NCBI GenBank assembly: GCA_951406725.2 | Contig: OX597815.1 | Coordinates: forward strand, 22,134,001-22,198,000 | Origin: Octopus vulgaris | Lineage: Eukaryota | Direction of reading: 5' to 3' | Length of the DNA stretch: 64,000 nucleotides | Shown here: piece after piece, positions 14,058-27,753 of the stretch | How positions within the stretch are numbered: the stretch's first letter is position 1 | Layout of the letters: the number at the start of each line of letters is the position of its first letter | The notes under the pieces: model-generated | Database searches by the model: none | Told to the model about the DNA's origin: nothing | Seen by the model: only the letters and a program-made list of their open reading frames with translations | Position numbers and translations under genes: made by a program

Positions 14058-14587
14058 GGAGGCGCAATGGCCCAGTGGTTAGGGCAGCGGACTCGCGGTC
14101 ATAGGATCGCGGTTTCGATTCCCAGACCGGGCGTTGTGAGTGTTTATTGAGCGAAAACACCTAAAGCTCCACGAGGCTCCGGCAGGGGATCATGGTGATC
14201 CCTGCTGTACTCTTAGCCCACAACTTTCCCTCACTCTTACTTCCTGTTTCTGTTGTACCTTTATTTCACGCTGAATATCCCCGAGAACTACGTTAAGGGT
14301 ACATGTGTCTGTGGAGTACTCAGCCACTTACACGTTAATTTCACGAGCAGGCTGTTCCGTTGATTCGGATCAACCGGAATTCTCGTCGTCGTAACCGACG
14401 GAGTGCTTCCATTTCAAAGGGCCGGCCTTGTCACTCTCTGTGTCACGCTGAATATCCCCGAGAACTACGTTAAGGGTACACGTGTCTGTGGAGTGCTCAG
14501 CCACTTACACGTTAATTTCACGAGCAGGCTGTTCCGTTGATTCGGATCAACCGGAATTCTCGTCGTCGTAACCGACGGAGTGCTTCC
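14058..14587 (+). mobile_element. SINE family B, tail type 1 duplicated in tandem
   Basis: Tail block cacgctgaatatccccgagaac...gacggagtgcttcc occurs twice; TSD gtatcattcatg. Confidence 0.92.
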
Positions 14588-15252
14588 CGGTATCATTCAT
14601 GAAGAGCATCGTATATATTTGACCTCGAACGGTCCCTTCCAGTAACGTAGTTATCAGTGTGTTGATATACAGGAGAGATCATTTGACGATTGTGTTAAGC
14701 CAAACAAGAGGTCTTCATAATAACCTTTTCTCTACATTTTCAGACTAAATCTTTCCTTCATAAGATATCCAGCGAGTTGTTGCTTCATTAGCAAAATTTG
14801 CAAGTCCAGAATTTTGCACCTGGACAAGTGTATTGTTTCTGGTGCTTTACCTTGTCATCTGATGGTATCCATTTGTTTTTAAGTAACTCAAAAGGACAGA
14901 GAACATGATTCTGATAGATGTCAACTATCAGGATCATGCCGTGCTGTTATAGATAAGGACAAGTACGGCACGATTTGGTGACGTATACGCTTGCTTTCAA
15001 GAAGACATTGATTTGCTTCAGCGATAGCAGATTAGGTAATTTGATTGTTATAATCGCTTTACTCGAGCTCAATGAAATTCAAAAAAACACGCAATAAGAG
15101 ATAACGACACCATACATATAAAGTAAACATATTTACATATATACATATGTGAATGTATGTGCGCACGCGCTGGTACGTATGTTTGTGTGTGTGTATGTGT
15201 GTGTGTGTGTGTGTGTGTATAGATAACTATATTTGCGTCGTCTATAAAAACC

Positions 15253-15473
15253 TATTTCTTTACTACCCACAAGGGGCTAAACACAGAGAGGACAAACAAG
15301 GACAGACAAACGGATTAAGTCGATTATATCGACCCCAATGCGTAATAGGTACTTATATAATCGACCCCTAAAGGATGAAAGGCAAAGTCGACCTCGGCGG
15401 AATTTGAACTCAGTTCGTAGCAGCAGACGAAATACCGCTAAGCATTTCGCCCGGCGTGCTAACGATTCTGCCA
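15253..15473 (-). mobile_element. SINE family A monomer
   Basis: Reverse complement of the 1404 and 55850 copies; flanking direct repeat aaaaacc. Confidence 0.9.
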
Positions 15474-16164
15474 AAAACCATTGTACTTACAGAATGATAG
15501 AAGACACTTAAGTTATATTAAGGTTATTGGTGTGTCCAAAGAATTTAACTGCTGCTCTGAGAAATGGATTACTAAGTGTCTTACATTATTTATTTAGTGT
15601 ATTATAATAGCAAATATTAGCAAATATGAATTCATAAATATTAAATTTCTTGGAATCTGTGCATCCATTGAATCATCGGAAATATAGTTTTCTGTTAAGA
15701 TGGGGCTTAACATTGAATTGCTGCAAAAAAAAAAAAAATTGAGGAACTACAACATATAGAAGGGACAGTAACACTGCTATCATTACATATACAAGCAGAG
15801 AAACGAAAGCTTGTTGCTCTTGTTATATTTGAGAATATTTGTGAATAGCTTACGACAGTATTACTATGAAGGAATAGTTGCTATCATCCGAAACAATGTA
15901 TGTGGGGACTATTGGATATAACTGACAAAGCATAAGGAGGACGAATTGTCAACTAAATACGTATACGCATATGGATAAATAGATGTATGTGTGTATGTGT
16001 GCAGAGAGGGTGAAGAGGCGAGACTATCAGCAATACCCCGTCTATCTGGGTTTATTGATAACTCAGTATGATATAATCACATGAATTCATTATATGTTGG
16101 ATAGGCAATAGCTCCAACCGGATCTAATTAAGGAAGAGGGCAAAATTTACCTTATGTTTTACAA

Positions 16165-16480
16165 ATCTTTTCTCTCTCTATCTATCTCTCCTTTCTCTCT
16201 CTCTCCATTGTATCTCTCCTTTCTCTCTCTCTCTCTCTCTCCATTGTATCTCTCCTTTCTCTCTCTCTCTATCTCCATTGTATCTCTCCTTTCTCTCTAT
16301 CTCCATTGTATCTCTCCTTTCTCTCTCTCTCTCTCTCTATCTCCATGGTATCTCTCCTTTCTCTCTCTCCATTGTATCTCCTTTCTCTCTCTCTCTATCT
16401 CCATTGTATCTTTCCTTTCTCTCTCTCTCTATCTCTCTCTCTCTATCTATCTATCTATCACTATTGTATCTCTCCTTTCT
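16165..16480. repeat. CT-rich minisatellite (ctccattgtatctctcctttctctct)n
   Basis: About 8 variable units immediately upstream of the last RET exon. Confidence 0.85.
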
Positions 16481-16584
16481 CATTTTGTGTATGTTTGTGT
16501 AAGAATTTGTTGAGTTTTTGCCTGTCTATATGATATGTACTATTTCTTTCACCTTTTCACAATCATTTATTTCTTCTGCAACAG

Positions 16585-16766
16585 GTCACCATCCACATGT
16601 AAAGGACATAGAAGACCAGGATAGATCTATTCATCCGACAGATATTAATGCCTACCTGATGCCAGTTGTTCATGATTATGCTAATCGAAGAGACATCGCT
16701 GAATCACTGAAAAGTGAACCAGAAACCTACGAACTGAAACATACAAAGAATACAGCTGCCAAATGA
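16585..16766 (+). CDS. RET: RET putative terminal coding exon: (G)HHPHVKDIEDQDRSIHPTDINAYLMPVVHDYANRRDIAESLKSEPETYELKHTKNTAAK*
   Basis: ttcttctgcaacAG acceptor; phase 1 matches the previous exon; tyrosine motifs including YAN; TGA at 16764-16766; overlaps ORF 16518..16766. Confidence 0.78.
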
Positions 16767-17153
16767 GAAAGGCTGCAGACTGAGAAACTTGTTAGTATTG
16801 GGCTCTCCCTTATTGCCGGATTTGATGAAAACACTGAAGTAGGGCACTCAGATTGCAAAGAAAAGGGCAATAAAGTGGAAGAGCTACGTTAATTAATCAT
16901 GGTGGCAACGAATAGACATTTGGTTTCTCAGCCATAGACGCCTTGAAAATACTACAACTTGTTTATTTATGTATGAAAGGTTGATGTTATGCATTTATGT
17001 CTATGAGTATAATTATTAGTAATTACACACAGATAATTACACACACACACATATATATTATATATGTATTCATATGTATATATACATATACATTTATGTA
17101 TATGTATGTATATACAAGTAAGTGCATGTATATATATACACACACATACATAC

Positions 17154-17232
<79 letters not shown>

Positions 17233-17436
17233 AAACCTGTCTATGGTATTGGTTTATTAACTCCAAATGATAAATCTGAGGTTGTGCTTAGTCATAGACA
17301 AACTGTAAGACATTTCTAAATGTATAGGTGTACGTATATGTATGTGTGTCAGTTGATGACTGTGTCTTCAGGTATCTGTGTGTATATCTATGGATACACA
17401 AATATGCGCACGTAAACATACGCATGTGTGTATATA

Positions 17437-17484
<48 letters not shown>

Positions 17485-17658
17485 CGTGATGTAGGCGTTT
17501 AAGTGTTGATCAATTATTTTGACGCGCGTGCGCGCGCTTGTGATTGAATTATGTATAATGAGTAAAAGTAGATGCAAAAGATGGAATTATCAAGAAATTC
17601 GAACACGAATTAACGGAGTGCATGTTTCAGAGTGTTTGTGAATATATTCATACATATA

Positions 17659-17702
<44 letters not shown>

Positions 17703-18484
17703 GGCATGTGCGTGTATGTAAATTTTCGGTTTGTTTACACTTGCGTGTCACTCTGTGTGTATGCGTATGACAAATCATTCCTCGAGTAAATTATAAAATA
17801 TTTCGTTGCCATCCATGATTTTATAATCGCATATAAAGCAAAAGAATATTCCTAGTGATGCTTTATTGTACAGTTAGTTTTACATATCACACAAAGCAAA
17901 AGACATTACGTCAACTATCCACAAACCAAACAAAAGAGATACAGGAGAAGGAAGACCCAATGCAATGATTGTATTCATGTGAGTGCGATATATGCATGCT
18001 AAATGATGTCGTGAGATTGAGAATTTCTTCCACAACCTTTCTAACAGATCGAAATAAACAGTATAAATATGACACAAACTGTAAATAGCATATACTTACC
18101 AACAAACAATTCACATTCTTGCAAAAACAAACAAATATATATAAATATACAGATTTGTAAATAATAACTTTTATTTAATTAATATGTATTTTAATTTAAT
18201 AGCTCCATTTTCGAACGTTCTACCACCATCAACTAATTTTAAATACCTTTTGAAAATCATGTGAAACGTTTCTAAAAATTGATTTTACTTTACTTGCTAA
18301 AGAACTCTGGAAACTTGCGATTTAAGATTAAAACGAATATGTGAACGATGCATAATTATATGTATGTGTGTGGGTGTACGTGAGCTTGTGTGTCTTTATA
18401 TAGTGTGTGTATATACATACATATTTGTAAATACATAAATGTATACATATTTCATATGTATGCATATATATATATATATATATA

Positions 18485-18709
18485 TTGGTAAAATGGTAGG
18501 ACAACAAAAGAAAGAAAGAGACCTCGATATTATGTAAATAGAAGAATTTATCTGTAAATGCAATATGCGACAATTATTCGGTAGCCATGATAAAACTCCG
18601 AGTTTCGGGGCCGGATAACTGAAGAAATGGCGGCGCGGATTTCCACCTCGGCATCCGAAACTCAGAGTTTCATCATGGCTGCCGAATAATTGTCACATAT
18701 TGCATTTAC

Positions 18710-18713
<4 letters not shown>
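18485..18713. mobile_element. Penelope-like terminal repeat remnant: inverted repeat with a degenerate hammerhead, between (TA)n tracts
   Basis: Arms 18550-18608 and 18655-18713 are reverse complements; CTGAAGA (18619) ... GAAACTCAGAGTT core. Confidence 0.6.
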
Positions 18714-18786
<73 letters not shown>

Positions 18787-19285
18787 CATACATACATATA
18801 TACATACATACATACATATATACATACATACATACATACATACATACATACATACATACATAAATGCATATAAAATTAGATGCATACATACTACATACAT
18901 ACAGATTTGTAAATACTTATATGTTTATAGACGACAATTCTTGAATCAAAGATCAAGAAGATAAGAAATCCAAAGCGGACTCTATATAAGTCAGAGATAA
19001 GTGTAAAGTAAATCGTTGTATTCTCTGGATGTAATTTTCTCGCACAGAAATTTAGCTTTCGCTCCTTCAGTAGTTCGCGAATGAATGTGTGAGAACGGAG
19101 ATGCGAATAGGTTAATGAAAGTTAACTCAGTGCAACTGTAGAATAATAATTGTTTTGAAGGTATTTCAAATAGTCATAGTAAAATGATAGGATTCTTGCC
19201 TGCAATGAAAATACGAGCCATTAGAAGGTATCGAACTGTACAATAATTAGAATAAAATATACATGCATAACCCCCATTTGTATAT

Positions 19286-19384
19286 TCCATACCTCTGATG
19301 AGCGCAGGGTTACAAAATCGGACTGTTACCTAACACTCCGTTGAATCCTAGCACGAAATCAATTGGTAAGACAGCCGTAATGGA
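19286..19384 (+). ncRNA. Putative type I hammerhead ribozyme (partly degenerate)
   Basis: CTGATGA at 19295; stem II gcgcagg/cctagcac with an internal hairpin; GAAA at 19355; short stem III tc-aatt-gg; GTA triplet; distal stem I tccatac/gtaatgga. Confidence 0.55.
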
Positions 19385-19401
19385 TTTATCATATTGTACA
19401 C

Positions 19402-19455
<54 letters not shown>

Positions 19456-19462
19456 GCATTCT

Positions 19463-19513
<51 letters not shown>

Positions 19514-20408
19514 CGAGTGTCTATGTAGTGTGCACTAATATTTATTCAAACCTGTCTATGCTTCTCGCATTTCCTTGTCTGAGAACCGGAAAGAAGAATT
19601 GTCAAGAGGGACCAGACAGACTCAGCTTTGAATGCATGCACACACACGCGCATACACACACACACACACACACATATATACACACACACGAACACACACG
19701 CACACACACGCATGCACACGCATGTGTGTGTGCAACGAGAGAGAGAGAGAGAAAGAAAAGAAGAGAGAGAGAGAGAGCGAGAGAGAGAGAAAGAAAGGAA
19801 AAGAGAGAGAGAGAGAGTGAGAGAGAGAAAGTCTTTCTACGTTACTTGAACATTCCATAAGTTTTCAGCAAAAGTAAAATGAAAGAAACAGAAGAACGGA
19901 AATAAATCGCAAAAGAAAAATAAAAAAAAAATCAGAGAAAAAAATGAAATAAAAAAAATGACCAAAAACAATATATGAAATGATAAATCCATCGGATTTT
20001 TCTTTTTGTAACAGCGAGTAAGAAATCAATAATGCAAAGAAAGGCAAATTCGATCTTGCTACCTTCTTGTCAAAAGAGCGTTTCGTTGTGAGTTTTAAAT
20101 TCCTTGGATGAAATTCTAAATTGAATAAAAAAGAATGTAAATTACCTGGACATGTTTTACCCTCATTTTATTTTACAATATTCCAACAGGTGAACAATGA
20201 ACGTTAAATATAAAAGACTGTGCTATGGTTTCTTTCACTGATCAAATACGAAAGTACGAGTAATGGATCCGTCAACTCTTCCACTCTGCTGCTATCATCA
20301 TCTTCCCCCAAACTCCCATCATTTGTATTCCAACCATACGACCACCACTAACCAGTATTATTATCAACACTCCCTCTACCACCAAAACACTTTATATATA
20401 TATATATA

Positions 20409-20466
<58 letters not shown>

Positions 20467-21164
20467 GCATACATACACACACCACTGCTATGTCCATTGT
20501 GCCTAAAACATTCAATTTTTGACTATCACTATTATTAACATCACAGCAACCTGTTAAGGTCACGGCTCTGTTTAGCACTAATGTCCAATACAACTACATT
20601 GACTGTGCCTAAAGCTTATTGCTATCCCTTCTCTGATTTTATCGCATTCACCACTGTCCTAATACAGCCTTCTCTTAAACCTACCATGCATAAAGTAAAA
20701 ATGAAACCTTTTTTTTTTTCTGTGTCTTTATTTCTTCCCGAAATCAAATCAAATTCGATCACGTACATGGGTAGTCGTAAACAGGTTAAAATAAATTTGT
20801 GTACGATGAAAAAAAAAAAAAAAAAAAGAAAAACAAGAGAAGTGAAAAATGAACAAAGGAATATACAAATTTGATCTTCAGGATAATATGTATTAGAAAA
20901 GAAAAAAAAAAAAGAGGAAAAGAAAAACCCAGAGTAAATGCATTAACGTTTTGAAGGAGTTGACAAATGGTTAATATCAAAACACTTCTCTTTGACTACA
21001 GCGGAACCATGTACGATATATGATAGCTATGAGTGTCTGTGTGTACGTCTGTTAAATATGTATGTAATTGTGTGTAGCGTGCATATGTGTGTAAATTTAT
21101 ATATGGAAAATTGCAAGCATAGTCAACATCTACATGTGTGCGCGTGCACATTGTGTACTCGCAA

Positions 21165-21176
21165 ATATATATATAT

Positions 21177-21228
<52 letters not shown>

Positions 21229-21251
21229 ACATAAGTGCATGATTATATATA

Positions 21252-21299
<48 letters not shown>

Positions 21300-21525
21300 G
21301 ATATAAATATGCATAAATATATATATGTATATAAATATGTATAAATATATATATGTATATAAATATGTATAAATATATATATGTATATATATATATGTAT
21401 AAATATATATATGTATATATATATATGTATAAATATATATGTATATATGTATGTGTATATATATATATGTATATATATATGTATATATATATGTATATAT
21501 ATATATATGTATGTGTATATATATA

Positions 21526-21556
<31 letters not shown>

Positions 21557-21644
21557 CTATATATGCATATATATATATGTATATATACATACATATATAT
21601 GTATATATACATGTATTACGTATATATATACATATATATAATAT

Positions 21645-21690
<46 letters not shown>
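21165..21690. repeat. Long degenerate (TA)n/(TATATG)n satellite
   Basis: Direct inspection. Confidence 0.95.
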
Positions 21691-22499
21691 CTAAATCTGT
21701 ATAATCATGTGTGTAAAAGTATATATTGAAACAAAAGAAGTAATTTTGTGCTTTTATTATTCATGAAGTGAGAAATGGATTCAACGCTGGTGATTACGCA
21801 AATGAGCAAGAGCGAGTAAAAGAGATGGAGCGGCAGAACAAAGATACAACGTGTAATAATGACAGCATCTCACCAATGACAGGACTAAATATAATTATCA
21901 GAGATAATAATAACAACAAAGCTTGCTATTAATATTATTAATTCATGTATTGTTAATAACAGGGTTGTTATATCTCTTTGTGTCACCGGCTTTTTCTTTT
22001 TTTTTTTTTTCATCTTTTAAAGCTAGCATTTCGATTGTCTTTCTGTCCACCGAACCATTTGCCTTAACGCTAATGTCACGCCAATATAATGGAATGAGCA
22101 ACATTCCACTGTTTGAGGCCTCGCTTCTATCACGTGATTTCCATTCTCGACCCCTCGAACAGCTCACAATCCAACCGCCCGGATCTATCGACTGAGACTG
22201 ATTGCTTCTACAGGACTTGAAATAATCTCAACCCTATCACACACAAACACACACACACACACACACACACACCCATACACACACACACACACACACACGC
22301 ACGCACACGCACACGCACACACACACATACACTCATAGAAATGCAAATATACACAGGTTTGCATATGCACAGACATGTGTTCAGATACACATACGAAAAT
22401 ATATACATACACATTTATACGCACGTACTTCAAATATTACTCATCACCCATTCAATTATTAATTTTTCAGCCTTTTTTTTGTCTCTACCAATAATGATT

Positions 22500-23300
<801 letters not shown>

Positions 23301-23559
23301 TTGAAAACACGACTGTATTCAGATTTCTTTGTTTTAGTATTTTCCTATGAGACACTTCGGCGGTTAATTTTGAAAATCCATCATCAAAGTTCATATACTT
23401 TCATAACCTCATTTTCAAGAGGAACCGGTGCTGATATGTGTGGATGATCTTTGTCTTCGGCAGTACCATTGCGTCTGGTGATTGGCGTCGACATTATCAC
23501 TGGTATTTGAATTTTGGTTGCTAGATATAAAAGCCTTTAGTTAAGTGTTTATTTCTAAT

Positions 23560-24780
23560 TTGTGACTGGTGTATGTCTTCCCTATGCTTATCTTAGCTGT
23601 CATACTCAAAAGTTATTGATGTTGTACAAGTAGCAATACCCATTCTCTGTTCACTGGGCAAATTATTTATTCAAAGTGATAGAAACCCATGGCTCCTCCT
23701 TCGGATGCAAAGTAGTACTGAGATAAGTATACAAATATGAGAAATTAGAGGGAGTCCTACGAGGTAATTCCGAACAAAACAATTAATATTCAGAGCAGTA
23801 CAGATAGAATCACAATGAATACATTTCTATACGTAAACATTTGCATAGAAAATAACATGTCCATGGTGACCATTTACTGTAGACATAAATGGATGTGCTT
23901 TCATAGTGACAGCGACTATCCACACAGGTAGAAAAGTTTCAGAAGTAAAATCCCTTCTTGGAAGAGCATTTAGAATCGCTTTATACCTAAGCATTAGATA
24001 AAGAAATCCACAGAACAAAGCTAAAAACAGATGATCTAATAAACGAATTGACAAGGCAATGAACAGTATAAACACACATATATATATATATGTAGGAGGC
24101 AGCAAATGCCACCATCTTCATATAGTGTATTTTATGAATTAAATTCACGCTAAATATAGAACACATGTAAACATTATCAAAGACCTCATAAAACAGAACA
24201 CGAAAAGCATGGAATTAAACCATAAACTAGCACTAAGAATATATGAGAAAAAAAATCACTAAAGGTAAAAGCCTTCCTATCAATAACAAACAAAAAGTAT
24301 GTAAAATAACAAATAACCTACAAATGAGCAATATATTTTTAAAACTCTATTCCAAATGTGAACGTTGCAAACTTCACGACTCCAACTGCCATATTGGTCA
24401 CACAAGTATGAACCTCTTCCTTTTTCTCAGCATTCGCCTATAGCAAGAAACACATTTGTACCACAAATAACAAAACAAAACTAGATAAAAAGCATTAGTG
24501 AAAAATACATATTTACTATATGCAATCCTCCCGACAAACAAATGAAACTTTATGATGAGAACAACATACATATCACAACACAAGCTAAAATAAATACACG
24601 GATAACATACATTCTCCGTAAACAATAAGAATAAACTCCTGACTGATGATAAATCTAAGGGTCAAAATTCAAATTTCAACGGTAATGTCTGCACCAATAA
24701 GATTGCGCCTGTCAGCACCAGTTCATCCTGATAATGAGGCTTCGAAGGTCAAGAAACATTGATAATAGATTCAGGAACTA
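23560..24780 (+). mobile_element. Decayed Penelope-like retroelement (RT C-terminus plus GIY-YIG endonuclease)
   Basis: FHSDSDYPHR / KVSEVKSLLGRAFRI (SxHP..K....L..RA.RI) at about 23900-23980; LYSKCERCKLHDSNCHIGHTSMNL (degenerate GIY-YIG) at about 24345-24415; frameshifts and stops. Confidence 0.65.
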
Positions 24781-25499
24781 TACTGCTCCAAATAAATTGC
24801 AAGGACACATATGAAAATATGGATAGATCTTGATAAAAAGATAAAAACGAGAACATAGTTGTGTTTTCAGTATATGTGTATAAAAGAAAAACCGTTTCCT
24901 ACTCATCTCAAACACACCTACTCACGCACATACATACACGTACACACGCAGGTGCGCACACGCTCACATACACATATACACGTATGCATGCACGAAGAAA
25001 AACACACTCATAAGCAGGTTGAAATATGTATTATAATTCATATAAGTGAAACAAATTCCATTCGGTACACAAAAGAATTTCATCGTTTCATGGTATTAAA
25101 TATCAGTTGATAATTTAATTTCTGTTTATTTGAAGTAATTGTTAATTTTCTGAAATTGGAATAAATTTGAAATATATTGAAAAAATATATCTTGTCTCGC
25201 AGTTGTTGACAATTTACTTATTAAGTATGTGCTACGGTTATCCTAGTCATATTTGTCCTGTCATTTTTCTTGTTGTTGTTGTTACTGCTACTGATGTGTT
25301 GTTGTTTGGTTCCAGCAAAACTCTGGCCGAACAGATCTATTATCAAAGCTATTCTCGGCAGTTTTTTTTGAGATAGTTTTCCGCAGACGTTTTCTAATGT
25401 TACTGTCTTTAAGCTGTGGACTGTGAATTGCTAGAGCATCAGACGGGAGACCGTGCTGTATTTCTTCCGGCCTCTCGCGTTTTGAGTTTATTGGTGTTA

Positions 25500-25680
25500 G
25501 GCGGCGAGCTGGCAGAATCGTTAGCACGCTGGGTGAAATGCTTAGCAGTATTCCGTCTGCTGTTACGTTCTGAGTTCAAATTCTGCCGAGGTTGACTTTG
25601 CCTTTTAACCTTTCGAGGTCGATAAACTAAGTACCAGTGAAACACTTGGGTCTATGTAATTGACTACTCCCCTCCCCAAA
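25500..25680 (+). mobile_element. SINE family A, alternative tail (tactcccctccccaaaattt)
   Basis: Head and central domain as at 1404; a family A 3' fragment also lies at 25884-25982. Confidence 0.85.
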
Positions 25681-25704
25681 ATTTATTATTATTATCATTA
25701 TTAT

Positions 25705-25763
<59 letters not shown>

Positions 25764-25810
25764 ATAATAATAATAATAATAATAACAATAATAATAAAAA
25801 TAATAATAAT

Positions 25811-25880
25811 AAATGAAAACACAGTTTAATTTGCTGGGTATGATGGAAAATGTTAGCTGCCCACAGCCAGCAGACTAAGT
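25811..25880 (-). mobile_element. 3' end fragment of the R4/Dong-like retrotransposon
   Basis: Reverse complement of about 40908-40976; abuts (TAA)n. Confidence 0.8.
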
Positions 25881-27524
25881 AAGAACCAGTTACGCACTAG
25901 GGTCGATATAATCGACTTAATCCGTTTGTCTGTCCTTGTTTGTCCTTTCTGTGTTTAGCCCCTTGTTGGTAGTAAAGAAATAGGTATTAGACTTAATCTG
26001 TGACCCGATTTATTATCATCATTTGATCCTTGGCTGTCTTCAGATGAGTTCACTCAGTTGTAAGAATTCAGGCCAGATCTCCGACTTGAAGATAACTTCA
26101 GCCCACCAGCTTAGGAAGCCTTGAAAGTATAAAGGAACACTGGCTGACAAAAGAAAAGAGCTTCAGTTGGTTCGATCTGTAGGATATCAGCTTATTGACC
26201 AAATAATTACTTGTTCTTTTTGCAATTGCTGCCTATTTCACACTCCATAACTATAGCATAACTATAGAACATACATCATTAAGAGGAACAGTTGATAATT
26301 GAAAGAAGAAACGGTATAATATAACAGTTGAGTACTTCGGTAATTTTCAGTATTGAGCTTTAAAAGAATTTTGTGATTAATTTGCATCCTTTTTATTGAT
26401 AAGAAGCTGTCTCTCAGGAATTGAATATCTTTAAAACTGACATAAGCTCTAGTACACTTTTACATGTAACTATAATGGCAATCGATATAAGAACAAATGG
26501 ACAAAATGAAGTTTTCAGAGAAGAGACTAAAATACAAATATCACAATATTTAGTCAATATAAGAAAGTAAAAATGAATTTCTTCATGATGTCATTGGCAA
26601 TCTTCAGAGCATATTCAGAAACTATGAAATAAAAAAAATAATTATAAATGTTACAAATTTTCAAAAATGATTTGGTAGATATTTAACCTATCAGATGATT
26701 ATTTGGTGCACACATATGTACATACAACTGCATATACGTACAGATTCATTTTTAAGTATACTTAGGTATGTGTGAGTGTAAACATATATAAGTATATAAG
26801 TAACAGCAGTATTTAAATGTATATAATGAGAAAAAGAAAACAATAGAAAAAGCCAAGTAGATAATAAAAAGAACGGATAAAAGAAGACACAGAAGAAACA
26901 ATAGAAGTAGAATTTTATTTGTATATATTACAGACATAGGAAATGTGAATGTTTTCAAGGAAACCTTCCCTATGTACATACACATCCCGCCAGGTGCGAA
27001 AACATATTAAAGACATTTAATTGGATTTAGCTTTAATTAACACTCCACTTTGCCTTTCTGTTGTTTTATATTTTAAACTAGAGTTTTTTTTTGTTACTTC
27101 ATTGCTCTCCTAGTGCCTCTTGTCGTTGGTTGTTTTGTTGATTTTGTTATCAATTAATGCAGCCATGTAAACAAATCCAGGAACAAACCAAGATAACATG
27201 GCGTTCGAGAGATTCATTAAAGCTTGTATGGGAACGAAACAATCAAATTTTAATTAAGTTAAAATGGTATAAAGTAAAGAGTATGTTTCCTGAATTGTTT
27301 GACAACACTATATCTTACCAGGCTCAGTTGAAGTATTGGTACAAACTCTACTCCATAAAAATTTAAGACGTATCTATTAAAACTAAGGTCGAGGATTTCA
27401 GCAGAAAAAAACGCTTGATACAATTTGAAGAGATAAAGATTGTGAGCTGTGTCTCGCAAAAAATTTCTTATAATATCTGTTGTATCAGTTATTAATATTA
27501 CACTTGTGAAAAAGGTGACGTGCT

Positions 27525-27720
27525 GGAAGAATTGTTAATACGGGGCAACAAAATGCTTAGTGTCATTTTCTCCGTCTTTACGTTCTGAGTTCAAATTCTC
27601 TTCCAGTCGAGTTTGATGGCTTCCTTTCAGGGTCAATAAAATAAGTACTAATCGAGTCCTGGGATCGATATAATCGACACACCCCTCCCCTCAAAAGCTG
27701 CTAGCCCTGTGTCAAAATTA
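27525..27720 (+). mobile_element. Old diverged SINE family A copy
   Basis: tacgttctgagttcaaattc...cctttcagggtcaataaaataagtac. Confidence 0.7.
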
Positions 27721-27753
27721 CCGATATTACATTTGTAAAAGATTTATTTCAAA

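Noticed and set aside
20190-20200. Alternative RET acceptor (ttccaacAG|gtgaacaatga) giving GEQ*
   Set aside because: Only a splice-like motif with three codons and no independent support
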